From contig JANQKZ010000006.1 in NCBI GenBank assembly GCA_028280845.1, positions 135,512 through 199,511 of the forward strand: a stretch of 64,000 nt of DNA, given 5' to 3'. The position numbers were made by a program, and so were the translations under genes. Positions 52,910-62,114 of this stretch are shown one piece after another; the stretch's first letter is position 1; each line of letters opens with the position of its first letter. The notes below the pieces were generated by a model. It did not search any database. It was not told the DNA's origin and saw only the letters and a list, made by a program, of their open reading frames with translations. The stretch comes from Opitutales bacterium. Its GTDB lineage: Bacteria; Verrucomicrobiota; Verrucomicrobiia; Opitutales; JABSRG01.

Positions 52910-55003
52910 TCATAACTCCTCGCCTACCGCACGCAGGAAAAGTGTCTCCCCATCTGGCATCTCCGGCGGATGGAAATACACCTGGTAAGGGGCATTATCG
53001 TCCATCCCGAGGGGAATCCAGGCCTCCGGAGCACGGCCTAAGGCATAGGAAAACGAAACCCGGGCCGGGACATTGGCCTTATTCACCAGAGCTTCCAAGT
53101 GGACGCGACCAGGGAAGCTATGCCCTGCATGGGAATAGGGTTCTCGCACCAGCTCGCCATTTTCGAGCGGAATCTGAATTGAAACGGACAGGGCCCTTCC
53201 CCCGCGCGGGCGGGCATGGGTCGATTTGAGCACTATGGCCTGCAATGGGTCTACGGTGAGCTCGAGATCTCCCCCTTCCCCAAGCTCAAACATCTGTCCG
53301 ATCTGATTGCCTCCGGAATCAGTTTCATAGATCACTTCAAAGTGATGCCCCCCGGTAAAGAAGGTCATGACCTTTCCGGTTTGCGGGTTATCCCTGTCAT
53401 TGTTTCCCACAAAAATATATTCGTGGCCCGTATTCGGATCATAGCGAGAGATGGCGAGCAAGTGCTCCCTCTCCGTAGGACGACTAACCTGCAGCCCCTG
53501 TCGTAAGCCAGCCTCCGCTTTGTAGACCTGAATCATGCGTTTGAAGCTGAGAAACAGTGGATGGGTCGTATCAAAATTGGAGTCAGCCGTGGTGCCGGTC
53601 GTTCCCAGGAGGTCGATCCCATTATAAGTGGCAACCTGGCTTGGCATCATATCTTCACGGGCGGCGTTATCCCCTCCTGTGCCGACGAAACCCTGTTCGT
53701 CTCCATAATAGATTATGGGTTGTCCCCGAAGAAAGAAGAGACTGGCATAGCCCAGCTCAACCAGGTCAATCCGTTGATCCTCACTCATTCCAGGATTATC
53801 CACTTCGATAAAATGGGCCCACCTGCCCATGTCGTGATTTCCCAGGAAGATAGGACGGATCCTCGAGTTTGAATCGACGTCCAAGTGATAATCATCCGCA
53901 TCAAAATACGCATATAACCCGGCCGAACTCAGGCCGCGAGACACCCAATCACGGAGGCCGAAGGATAACCCGAAATCCAGTGTCGCATCGAGGCTGCCTT
54001 CCGTAGAAAACTCACTGGTAAACCGCTGGTCTCCATCGAAAATCTCCCCAAAAAGGAAAAAATGGTCAATCCCCACCTTTGCCGCCTCGGCGCGCAGGGC
54101 CTCCCCAAAGGGAATCCAGAACTCCCGGTTGACATGCTTGACCGTGTCCACCCGAAAGCCGTCTATTTTATATTCACGTATCCAAAACGTAAATACATCA
54201 ATAAAGCCATCCACTACCTCCGGTTTTTCAGTAAATAGATCATCCAGACCGAAAAAATCACCATAGAGGGAATCCTCTCCCGAAAAGGTGGTGTTTCCCC
54301 GATTGTGGTAGTTTGTCAGGTCATTGAGCCATCCAGGGTTCTTTCGGTTCACATCTTCCACGTTTACCGTTGGCGTATATGGAAAGCTGCCGTTTATATC
54401 CAATTCAGGAAACGTCGCGTCCCCGTTTCCATCCCAGGCAAAGTCCCGATCATCGAAAACCATCCCCCCGGAATCCCTGAAGGGGAAAGTAGATTTATCC
54501 CGGTAGGAATATTGGTTTTCGGTGAAATAGATCACATCGGCGGTGTGATTTACGACGATGTCGAGATATAGTTTCATCCCCCTCGCATGCACCGCTTCTA
54601 CCAGGGCTTTAAACTCCTCGTTTGTCCCGAGATGTGGATCCACATTCAGAAAGTCAGTGATCCAATAGCCATGATACCCTGCGGAGCTGAATTGAACCGG
54701 CTTGTTAGTCATAACCGGTGTTATCCATAAGGCGGTCACCCCAAGGGTTTGCAGGTAATCCAGTCGGTTTTGCAGTCCGGCGAGATCGCCCCCATGAAAA
54801 AAGTTGTCGGCCCCAGGGTCATAACCCGTGGTTTCCCGCCCGCCCGTGTACCCGCCGCGGTTGTTATCGGGGTTTCCATCTTCAAAGCGATCGATCAACA
54901 GGAAGTAAAAGACCTCGTCCTGGATTGGATGATTCAAGGCCAGAAGGGCGTGCATTTCCGGAATGCAGTTCAAGCAAAGGGCGAAAACAATAACGCGGAT
55001 CAT
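52910..55003 (-). CDS. GH13 alpha-amylase-family glycosidase, secreted
   Basis: The four GH13 regions are present: DIVVNHTA, GFRVDTVKH, FLFGEIFDG and FLGNHDMGR. Signal peptide; 697 aa. Confidence 0.9.
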   Translation of the reverse strand: MIRVIVFALCLNCIPEMHALLALNHPIQDEVFYFLLIDRFEDGNPDNNRGGYTGGRETTGYDPGADNFFHGGDLAGLQNRLDYLQTLGVTALWITPVMTNKPVQFSSAGYHGYWITDFLNVDPHLGTNEEFKALVEAVHARGMKLYLDIVVNHTADVIYFTENQYSYRDKSTFPFRDSGGMVFDDRDFAWDGNGDATFPELDINGSFPYTPTVNVEDVNRKNPGWLNDLTNYHNRGNTTFSGEDSLYGDFFGLDDLFTEKPEVVDGFIDVFTFWIREYKIDGFRVDTVKHVNREFWIPFGEALRAEAAKVGIDHFFLFGEIFDGDQRFTSEFSTEGSLDATLDFGLSFGLRDWVSRGLSSAGLYAYFDADDYHLDVDSNSRIRPIFLGNHDMGRWAHFIEVDNPGMSEDQRIDLVELGYASLFFLRGQPIIYYGDEQGFVGTGGDNAAREDMMPSQVATYNGIDLLGTTGTTADSNFDTTHPLFLSFKRMIQVYKAEAGLRQGLQVSRPTEREHLLAISRYDPNTGHEYIFVGNNDRDNPQTGKVMTFFTGGHHFEVIYETDSGGNQIGQMFELGEGGDLELTVDPLQAIVLKSTHARPRGGRALSVSIQIPLENGELVREPYSHAGHSFPGRVHLEALVNKANVPARVSFSYALGRAPEAWIPLGMDDNAPYQVYFHPPEMPDGETLFLRAVGEEL

Positions 55004-55189
55004 GAATGGGGATGGGGTGTGCGCGGCGGGAACCCCGCCGTCTCCCTATTCTGCCCCGATTATCTGCTAGAGGATAAGGGCCCTCCCCATGAATTTTCTG
55101 GGAAGTTGAGGATAATTCTTTGAACCCACTCACCAAAAACACTCCCTGGGTTCGTCAAAGCTTCGTTCAATTTAAGATTCAAGCCCAAC

Positions 55190-55228
55190 TCCCCAAAAAG
55201 ACTAGGGCCGGCCCCCTCAGGCCGGCCC
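55190..55228 (-). terminator. Probable terminator of the nifJ / DHOD-like operon
   Basis: 9-bp GC stem gggccggcc / ggccggccc (55205-55228). On the minus strand it is followed, after a 5-nt spacer, by T5. Confidence 0.5.
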
Positions 55229-55280
55229 AATCTATCTCTCTTTTCTCGCATTAAGGGTAGCCTATGCAGGCTACATCCCC

Positions 55281-56276
55281 TCAGGAAGTCTTCCAGCTCT
55301 GGATGATCTTCATGTAGTTGGTCCGTTCGATCGCCTCCGCGTCTCCGCTACGCATATGGCTCATATTGCCACGCATCTCTTCGAGGGATTCGTACTCGAA
55401 CTCTTCTAACCAGTGCTGTAATTCCGTGATATAGCGTTTCAAGGTATCCGGCCCTTCACGGAGAAGGGCCGATACAACTTGTATACAGGATGCCCCAGCC
55501 ATGGTCCCTTTTACGGCATCCATCGCGCCATGAACTCCGCCGCTCAAGGCCAGGTCGGCGTCGACCTTTCCATAGAGGATGGCAATCCAGCGGAGTCGTA
55601 ACAGCAGTTCCTCGGAGGACGACAACTTTAGGGTAGGTGTCACCTCGAGGTTTTCTATATCTATATCGGGTTGATAAAAACGGTTGAATAGCACGAGGCC
55701 GTTCACCCGGAGGGCATCCAGGCTTCGGGCAAAATGGGCTAGGGAAGAATAATAGGGCGATAGTTTGACAGCCACCGGAATTCGGGTGCGGTCACGAATG
55801 CCGGCCACTACCTTGATCAAACGGTCTTCCATCGCGCTTCCGGAAATCTCCGGATCGGCCCCGAGGAAATAGAGGTTCAGTTCCAGGGCATCGGCTCCCG
55901 CTTCCTCCATCATCCGGGCATATTGGAACCAGTCCCCGGTTTCCGAACCATTAATCGAGGCAATGACCGGAACATCGACGGCTTGCTTCACCTTCTGGAT
56001 ATGGGCCAGGTACTGGTCTGGCCCCAGGGCGAAGTCCTCCACTTCGGGGAAATAGGTCGTGGCCTCCGCATAGGATTCTTCCACACTTTCCACATAGGCG
56101 GAATATCCGGTTTGCTGGTGGATGATTTGCTCAACAAACAGGGAGCGCATAACGATAGCTGCGGCTCCCGCGTCTTCGAGTCGGCGGACCGAATCCAAGT
56201 TATCCGCCAGGGGGGATGCTCCGGCGACGAAGGGATTCTTTAGATTAAATCCAAGGTATGGGGAAGAAAGGTCCAT
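55281..56276 (-). CDS. Dihydroorotate-dehydrogenase-like TIM-barrel flavoprotein (PFOR-associated)
   Basis: NPFVAGASPL, VIASINGS, ALELNLY, VAVKLSPY and NRFYQPDID resemble class 1 DHOD/DPD-like proteins. It lies 18 nt downstream of nifJ on the same strand. Confidence 0.7.
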   Translation of the reverse strand: MDLSSPYLGFNLKNPFVAGASPLADNLDSVRRLEDAGAAAIVMRSLFVEQIIHQQTGYSAYVESVEESYAEATTYFPEVEDFALGPDQYLAHIQKVKQAVDVPVIASINGSETGDWFQYARMMEEAGADALELNLYFLGADPEISGSAMEDRLIKVVAGIRDRTRIPVAVKLSPYYSSLAHFARSLDALRVNGLVLFNRFYQPDIDIENLEVTPTLKLSSSEELLLRLRWIAILYGKVDADLALSGGVHGAMDAVKGTMAGASCIQVVSALLREGPDTLKRYITELQHWLEEFEYESLEEMRGNMSHMRSGDAEAIERTNYMKIIQSWKTS

Positions 56277-56294
56277 GGTGTGCAGGGGGTTGGA

Positions 56295-59200
56295 TTACGA
56301 GGCAGGAGTTTCTCCATTGGTGGGTGGAGTGGACAATGCTTTATAATGCACATACCGCTCGTCCACCATGCGCTGAGCCATTTTCGCCAATTGCTTGGCA
56401 CGCTCGGGATTGCTCAAGTGTAACATCTTGAAACGGCCTTCATTAGCCATGTATTCGCTAACGGAGGCGCGGGGTTTCGGTGAATCGAGGTGGAAGGCAG
56501 GTTTGCCCTCCTCGACATTTCTCGGGTCGAACCGGTAGATTGGCCAGTAGCCGCTGTTCACCGCAAGCTTCTGCTGATCAATCCCATGAGTCAGGGAGTA
56601 GCCATGAGCAATACAATGGCTGTAAGCGATGACCAGGGAGGGTCCGGGATAACTGGCGGCCTCTACCATGGCTTGTACAACCTGAGAGTCACGATAGCCC
56701 ATGCTGACTTTGGCCACATAGACATGTCCATACTCCGAGGCGATGAGGCCCAGGTCCTTTTTGCCGATGGCTTTACCTCCCGCGGCAAACTTCGCAACCG
56801 CCCCTATCGGGGTCGACTTACTTTGCTGTCCACCCGTGTTGGAGTATACCTCGGTATCGAGTACCAGGACATTAATATTCTTGCCGCTCGCCAGGACATG
56901 ATCGAGCCCGCCGAAGCCGATGTCGTAGGCCCATCCGTCGCCCCCCATGATCCAGACCGATTTTTCCACGAGGTGATCAATCAGGCTTCCCAACCGTTCC
57001 GCATCTCGCGCATCGGGGATCTGGGTGACGAGGGACTTCAGGCGCTCCACACGTTCGCGCTGCAGTTCGATATCTTCATCCGTAACTTGCGGCGCAGCGA
57101 TTATTTCCTCAATGAGCTCCTTATCCAGGGCATCGGCATGTCGAGTAATAATACTCTCCGCGATTTCTTTCCGTTTCTCTACTCCAAGACGGATCCCTAA
57201 GCCGAACTCGGCGTTATCTTCAAACAGAGAGTTGGACCAAGCGGGTCCTCGACCATTGCTGTCGCAGGTATATGGAGTTGTCGGCAGATTGCCGCCGTAA
57301 ATGGAGGAGCACCCCGTAGCATTGGCGATCAGGAGACGGTCCCCAAACAACTGCGTGAGCAGTTTGACGTAGGGGGTTTCCCCACAGCCCTGGCAGGCAC
57401 CGTTGAACTCAAAGTACGGCTGACGGAACTGGACCGACTTGATTTTCATATCCAGGTCCTTCTTGTCCGGGTTAGGCAAGTTGAGGAAGAAATCCCAATT
57501 TTCCGCTTCCACGTCTTTGAAGTCCTTGTGGGGCTTCATGTTGATCGCCTTGAATTTGGGTTCCTTACGATTCTTGGCCGGACACACCTGGACACACAAA
57601 CTGCAACCGGTGCAATCTTCAGGAGCTACCTGGATGGTGAATTTCTTTCCCTTCAGGTTGCGATCCTTGAAGTCTACTGACTGGAAGTCTTCAGGAGCCT
57701 TTTCCAGCTCTTCCGGATCAAAGAATTTTCCCCGGATGGTAGCATGCGGGCAGACCGTAACGCACTTCATGCACTGGGTGCAACAACTCGGATCCCAGAT
57801 CGGGATTTCCTGGGCAATATTGCGTTTTTCCCATTTGGCGGTATCGCTTGGCCAGCGACCATCCAGTGGCATTGCGCTGACGGGTAAACCGTCTCCACGT
57901 TGTTCCAGCATGGGAGCGATGACCTCGCGGACAAACTCGGGAGCATGTTCCGGAATCAACGGAATCAACTCGACCCCTTTCACCGCTGCTCCAGGGAGCG
58001 GCAGTTCGTGGAGGCCGGACAGGGCCTGGTCGACCGCAGCAAAGTTCTTCTGGACAATGGCTTCCCCCTTCTTCCCGTAGGTTTTCTGGATGGTATCTTT
58101 GATCTTCGCAATGGCTTCGTCCTTATCCAAAATACCGGAAATGGCAAAGAAGCAGGTTTGCATGATCGTGTTGATCCGTCCCCCCATGCCAGCGGCACGC
58201 GCCACCTTGTAGGCGTCGATGATGTAACATTTCAGCTCTTTCTCTCGGATGACCCCCAGCGTTTCCTCTGAGAGATGATTCCAGGTGTCCTCACCTTCGT
58301 ATGGGCTATTCAGCAGTAAGACCGCCCCTTTGGCGGCGGCATCCAATACGGGAAATTTATCGAGGAAACTGAACTGGTGGCAGCCGACAAACTTGGCATT
58401 CTGCACCAGGTACGGGGCGTGGACGGTGTCCGGGCCAAAACGCAGGTGCGAGATGGTCATACCTCCCGACTTTTTGGAGTCGTAAACGAAGTAAGCCTGC
58501 GCCTGATACTCAGTTTCTGTACCGATGATCTTGATGGTGTTCTTGTTGGCTCCCACCGTGCCATCCGACCCAAGACCGAAGAAAAGGGCGCGGAAGACAT
58601 CGTCCGCCTCAATGTCCAGCTCATGTTCATAAGCCAGAGACAAGCCGGAAACGTCATCCAGAATCCCCACCGTAAAGCGGGGTTTCGGCGTGTCGGCCTG
58701 CAGCTCATCAAAAACGGCCTTGGCCATGCCTGGATTAAACTCTTTGGATCCCAGACCATAACGTCCGCCAATGATTTGCGGGCGGACAGCAAATGTATCC
58801 GGATTCTGGCTACATGCGGAATCAATCGCACCCACCACATCCAGATAGAGGGGTTCACCCAGGCTTCCAGCTTCCTTCGTCCGATCCAGAACCGCGATGC
58901 GTTTCACCGTTTTCGGCAGGGCTTCGATAAAGCGTTCGGTGTAAAACGGTCGGTAAAGGCGAACGATGATCACCCCGACCTTTCGGCCCTGGGTGTTCAA
59001 ATATTTCGCGGTCTCGACCACCGTTTCCGCACCGGAACCCATCACTACCACAACTTCTTCCGCTTCCGGATCTCCAACATAATCAAACAGGTGATACTGG
59101 CGGCCCGTTGCCTCGCCCAGAATATCCATCGCTTCCTGAACCTTATCCCCACACCGATCGTAAAAGTGATTCGCAGCTTCTCTTGCCTGGAAAAAAGTGT

Positions 59201-59882
59201 CAGGATTCTGGGCGGTTCCACGCACGTTCGGGGCATCCGGAGTCATTCCGCTTTTGCGGAAAGCCGTTAGGGCTTCAGGGTCCACCAACTTGTCCAGAAC
59301 CGCTTGATCCAGGACTTCAATCGTATTCACCTCATGGGAGGTCCGGAACCCGTCAAAGAAATGCAGGAAAGGAATGCGGGTTGGAAGTGTGGCTCCATGA
59401 GCGATGCCCGCCATATCATGGGCTTCCTGTACCGAACCCGACGCCAACATGGCAAAGCCGGTCTGCCGACAGGCCATCACGTCGGAATGATCCCCAAAGA
59501 TGGATAGCGCGTGGGTCGCCAGGGCCCGCGCACTGACGTGCATGACAAACGGTGTCAACTCCCCGGCTATTTTATACATATTCGGGATCATCAACAACAA
59601 CCCCTGCGAGGCGGTAAACGTCGTAGAGAGAGCTCCGGCCGATAGGGCCCCATGCAGGGCGCCGGCTGCTCCCCCTTCCGATTGCATTTCATAAACGGTG
59701 GGTACCGATCCCCACAAATTTTCCTGGCCTTTTGAGGCCCATTCGTCCGCTAACTCGGCCATCGGGCTGGAGGGTGTTATCGGGTAGATAGCTACAACCT
59801 CACTGAATTGATAAGCTACTTTCGCAACCGCTTCATTTCCGTCCACCGTTGCTTTAACTGGGGTATCTGCTGCTTTAATCAC
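56295..59882 (-). CDS. nifJ: Pyruvate:ferredoxin (flavodoxin) oxidoreductase
   Basis: 1195-aa single-chain PFOR with two 4Fe-4S motifs (CTQCMKCVTVCPHA, CTGCSLCVQVCPA) and the TPP-binding segment GGDGWAYDIGFGGLDHV. Confidence 0.95.
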   Translation of the reverse strand: MIKAADTPVKATVDGNEAVAKVAYQFSEVVAIYPITPSSPMAELADEWASKGQENLWGSVPTVYEMQSEGGAAGALHGALSAGALSTTFTASQGLLLMIPNMYKIAGELTPFVMHVSARALATHALSIFGDHSDVMACRQTGFAMLASGSVQEAHDMAGIAHGATLPTRIPFLHFFDGFRTSHEVNTIEVLDQAVLDKLVDPEALTAFRKSGMTPDAPNVRGTAQNPDTFFQAREAANHFYDRCGDKVQEAMDILGEATGRQYHLFDYVGDPEAEEVVVVMGSGAETVVETAKYLNTQGRKVGVIIVRLYRPFYTERFIEALPKTVKRIAVLDRTKEAGSLGEPLYLDVVGAIDSACSQNPDTFAVRPQIIGGRYGLGSKEFNPGMAKAVFDELQADTPKPRFTVGILDDVSGLSLAYEHELDIEADDVFRALFFGLGSDGTVGANKNTIKIIGTETEYQAQAYFVYDSKKSGGMTISHLRFGPDTVHAPYLVQNAKFVGCHQFSFLDKFPVLDAAAKGAVLLLNSPYEGEDTWNHLSEETLGVIREKELKCYIIDAYKVARAAGMGGRINTIMQTCFFAISGILDKDEAIAKIKDTIQKTYGKKGEAIVQKNFAAVDQALSGLHELPLPGAAVKGVELIPLIPEHAPEFVREVIAPMLEQRGDGLPVSAMPLDGRWPSDTAKWEKRNIAQEIPIWDPSCCTQCMKCVTVCPHATIRGKFFDPEELEKAPEDFQSVDFKDRNLKGKKFTIQVAPEDCTGCSLCVQVCPAKNRKEPKFKAINMKPHKDFKDVEAENWDFFLNLPNPDKKDLDMKIKSVQFRQPYFEFNGACQGCGETPYVKLLTQLFGDRLLIANATGCSSIYGGNLPTTPYTCDSNGRGPAWSNSLFEDNAEFGLGIRLGVEKRKEIAESIITRHADALDKELIEEIIAAPQVTDEDIELQRERVERLKSLVTQIPDARDAERLGSLIDHLVEKSVWIMGGDGWAYDIGFGGLDHVLASGKNINVLVLDTEVYSNTGGQQSKSTPIGAVAKFAAGGKAIGKKDLGLIASEYGHVYVAKVSMGYRDSQVVQAMVEAASYPGPSLVIAYSHCIAHGYSLTHGIDQQKLAVNSGYWPIYRFDPRNVEEGKPAFHLDSPKPRASVSEYMANEGRFKMLHLSNPERAKQLAKMAQRMVDERYVHYKALSTPPTNGETPAS

Positions 59883-60257
59883 TGTGGGTTCTGAGTTGAG
59901 AGATGGTTCTTACCTTCGACCGATTCCGTGGTTTCCCGAAGGTGATTGCCAGTGTAAGGAGACCTTATCTCTTGTCCATTTTAAAATTAGTAATTTTTAT
60001 ATTTTTTTATAATCTAATTACGTATTCTAATGATACAAAGTCTCAATTTGCCCTTTTCCCCAGCGTCTCCCTCCCCTTCCCTTCCTGGAAATCACCTCCG
60101 GGCCTGGACCGGAATTTCTTTTCTTCGTGGTGTTGAGATTTTCGGAATAAACTGACTTTGTTGTTTATCCCACTCAAAACAGACCGGTCTGTCTCTAGGC
60201 GGTAACAATACTCATAAAATCTCACAACCTATTCCCTATTAAAAAGAAAGCTCACTC

Positions 60258-60704
60258 ATGAAAAACAAACGACCTCGATCAGCAACGATCACTACCTGGA
60301 TGTTTCAGCTCATTGCGGCAGGAATTCTTCTACAAACCCTCTTCTTTAAGTTTTCTGGCGCGCCGGAATCTGTTTACATTTTTGAGATGATCGGTCTCGA
60401 ACCGCTGGGTCGATATGGGAGCGGAATCGCAGAGGGGATCGCGGGAGTGTTGCTCCTCATCCCGGCGACAGCCTGGTTGGGAGCAGCTCTGGCTGCAGGA
60501 ATCATTTCCGGAGCCATATTCTTTCACCTGACCTCCCTGGGTATCGTGGTCCAGGATGACGGGGGTACGCTGTTTGCCATGGCTCTCGTCGTGTTCTTTT
60601 TCAGCCTGGGGGTTCTGGCTATCCGTCGACGTGAAATCGCTTTTCCGAAGCTTGTGCGGGGTTTGCTGTCAAGGCAGTTCCTGCCAACGGGCCAGAAAGC
60701 ATAA
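60258..60704 (+). CDS. DoxX-family membrane protein
   Basis: 148 aa with 4 TM helices and a DoxX-like pattern (…LQTLFFKFSGAPESVYIFEMIG…GIAGVLLLIP…). Confidence 0.6.
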   Translation: MKNKRPRSATITTWMFQLIAAGILLQTLFFKFSGAPESVYIFEMIGLEPLGRYGSGIAEGIAGVLLLIPATAWLGAALAAGIISGAIFFHLTSLGIVVQDDGGTLFAMALVVFFFSLGVLAIRRREIAFPKLVRGLLSRQFLPTGQKA

Positions 60705-60864
60705 GCGCAGCTTGCGCTTCACGCACTGTTGAGGGGAAGGCGGTTCAGGTAACCATCCAATCCACATCCAGAGGAATATTCCGGATTAAGGAATCTCCTA
60801 CTTCAAAATTACCCTTCCCTGCCGACTGTGAGTTTTGTTAAATGCAGGGAAATTCTGTCGAGTC

Positions 60865-61365
60865 ATGCAAGGAATCATCCACCAAAACCTGGTCTGCCTG
60901 GAACAAGGCCTGGCGCTCCTTGAACAAATCGAGGCTAAATCCTACACCCAAAAAGATAAAACCGCCATGGATGCCTGCATTGGGGACCATATGCGACACA
61001 GTCTGGACTTTTTTGAGACTTTTTTTGCAGGCCTCGACAGGGCGTGCGTAGATTATGAAGCGCGTCAACGGGATACCCGCGTGGCTACAGACCCTAAAGT
61101 CGCCTACAACCGGCTTATGGGCTACCGTGAACGTCTGGTCCAGCTGTTGGAGGGTGAGGATAAACCGCTTAAAGTAGAATCGGATAGTGAGGAGGATGGG
61201 CCCTCAGACTCCACCCTCTCCCGCGAGCTCAACTTTTTGTTGTCCCATACCGTGCATCATTTTGCCCTCATTGCTTACATTTGCCGATCAATCGGAGTGT
61301 CCCTTCCTCAGGATTTCGGCGTTGCGGGATCGACGCTCCGATACAAAGCCAGCCTGAAACCTTAA
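60865..61365 (+). CDS. DinB-like four-helix-bundle protein
   Basis: His-containing helices (IGDHMRHSLDFFETF ... LSHTVHHFALIAYI) resemble the DinB/YfiT-like metal-binding triad. The start is uncertain (ATG 60865 or TTG 60835). The stop overlaps the next start (TAATG). Confidence 0.5.
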   Translation: MQGIIHQNLVCLEQGLALLEQIEAKSYTQKDKTAMDACIGDHMRHSLDFFETFFAGLDRACVDYEARQRDTRVATDPKVAYNRLMGYRERLVQLLEGEDKPLKVESDSEEDGPSDSTLSRELNFLLSHTVHHFALIAYICRSIGVSLPQDFGVAGSTLRYKASLKP

Positions 61366-62114
61366 TGTGCACTGTAACGGCTTGGCCGGGCCACAACCAA
61401 ACCAAGATCTATTTTAACCGGGACGAGATGAAGACTCGACCGCGGGCAAAGCCCTTGTCTGCCCATACAACTGGCGGGACTTCATGGCTGGGATGTATAG
61501 ATCCCGTGGGAGGCGGCACCTGGCTCGGCGTAAATGCATACGGCGTGGCGGTCGGGCTGCTGAACTATTATCACGCGGGCAATGTCAAGGAGGCCATCGC
61601 CGGAGGATCGACGAGCCGCGGACAACTCGTTGTTCATCTGTTGGGACAAGGGCGGGCACAAAAGATGGAAACGGTGATGGACAGTTGCTCGGTTCATGCT
61701 TACCAGCCCTTTCATTGTTTCGTCATTCAAAGGGAAGGCGGTGGACATATATGGACCTGGAATGGCCAGCAATTGATCAAAGATCGAATCGAGGACGCAC
61801 CCTGGTTTTACTCTTCCTCCTCCTATAAAACTCACGACGTTATCGCTTTCCGGAAAGCGCGCTTTTCTAAACTCCAAACCGCCTTTGAGTCCTCCTTCAG
61901 CAGGGAAACCCCCGATATCCACGCGTATCATTTTCGTTTGCACCCCGAACACCCCATGGAGAGTCCGCTTATGTTAAGAGAGCAGACGAAGACCCGTTCG
62001 ATATCCTTGGTTACTCTCTCTCCGGAAATGGCACGCTACGACTTTTGGGCAGTGGATCCCCATGGTAAACCCGAATCCCAGGCTCAAAGCCAAACTCTGG
62101 ACATTGTGACTTGA
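61365..62114 (+). CDS. NRDE-family (TANGO2-like) protein
   Basis: N-terminal MCT... (Cys2) and the FNRDE motif define the NRDE family (PF05742). I prefer the ATG at 61365 over the track start at 61281. Confidence 0.7.
   Translation: MCTVTAWPGHNQTKIYFNRDEMKTRPRAKPLSAHTTGGTSWLGCIDPVGGGTWLGVNAYGVAVGLLNYYHAGNVKEAIAGGSTSRGQLVVHLLGQGRAQKMETVMDSCSVHAYQPFHCFVIQREGGGHIWTWNGQQLIKDRIEDAPWFYSSSSYKTHDVIAFRKARFSKLQTAFESSFSRETPDIHAYHFRLHPEHPMESPLMLREQTKTRSISLVTLSPEMARYDFWAVDPHGKPESQAQSQTLDIVT

Noticed and set aside
61281-61364. Upstream extension of the NRDE gene and the 19276 start of the TolC gene
   Set aside because: Both extensions overlap the preceding gene. NRDE proteins begin M-C-T/L, which is found at 61365. 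The TolC-family ORF has an ATG at 19312, immediately after the upstream stop.
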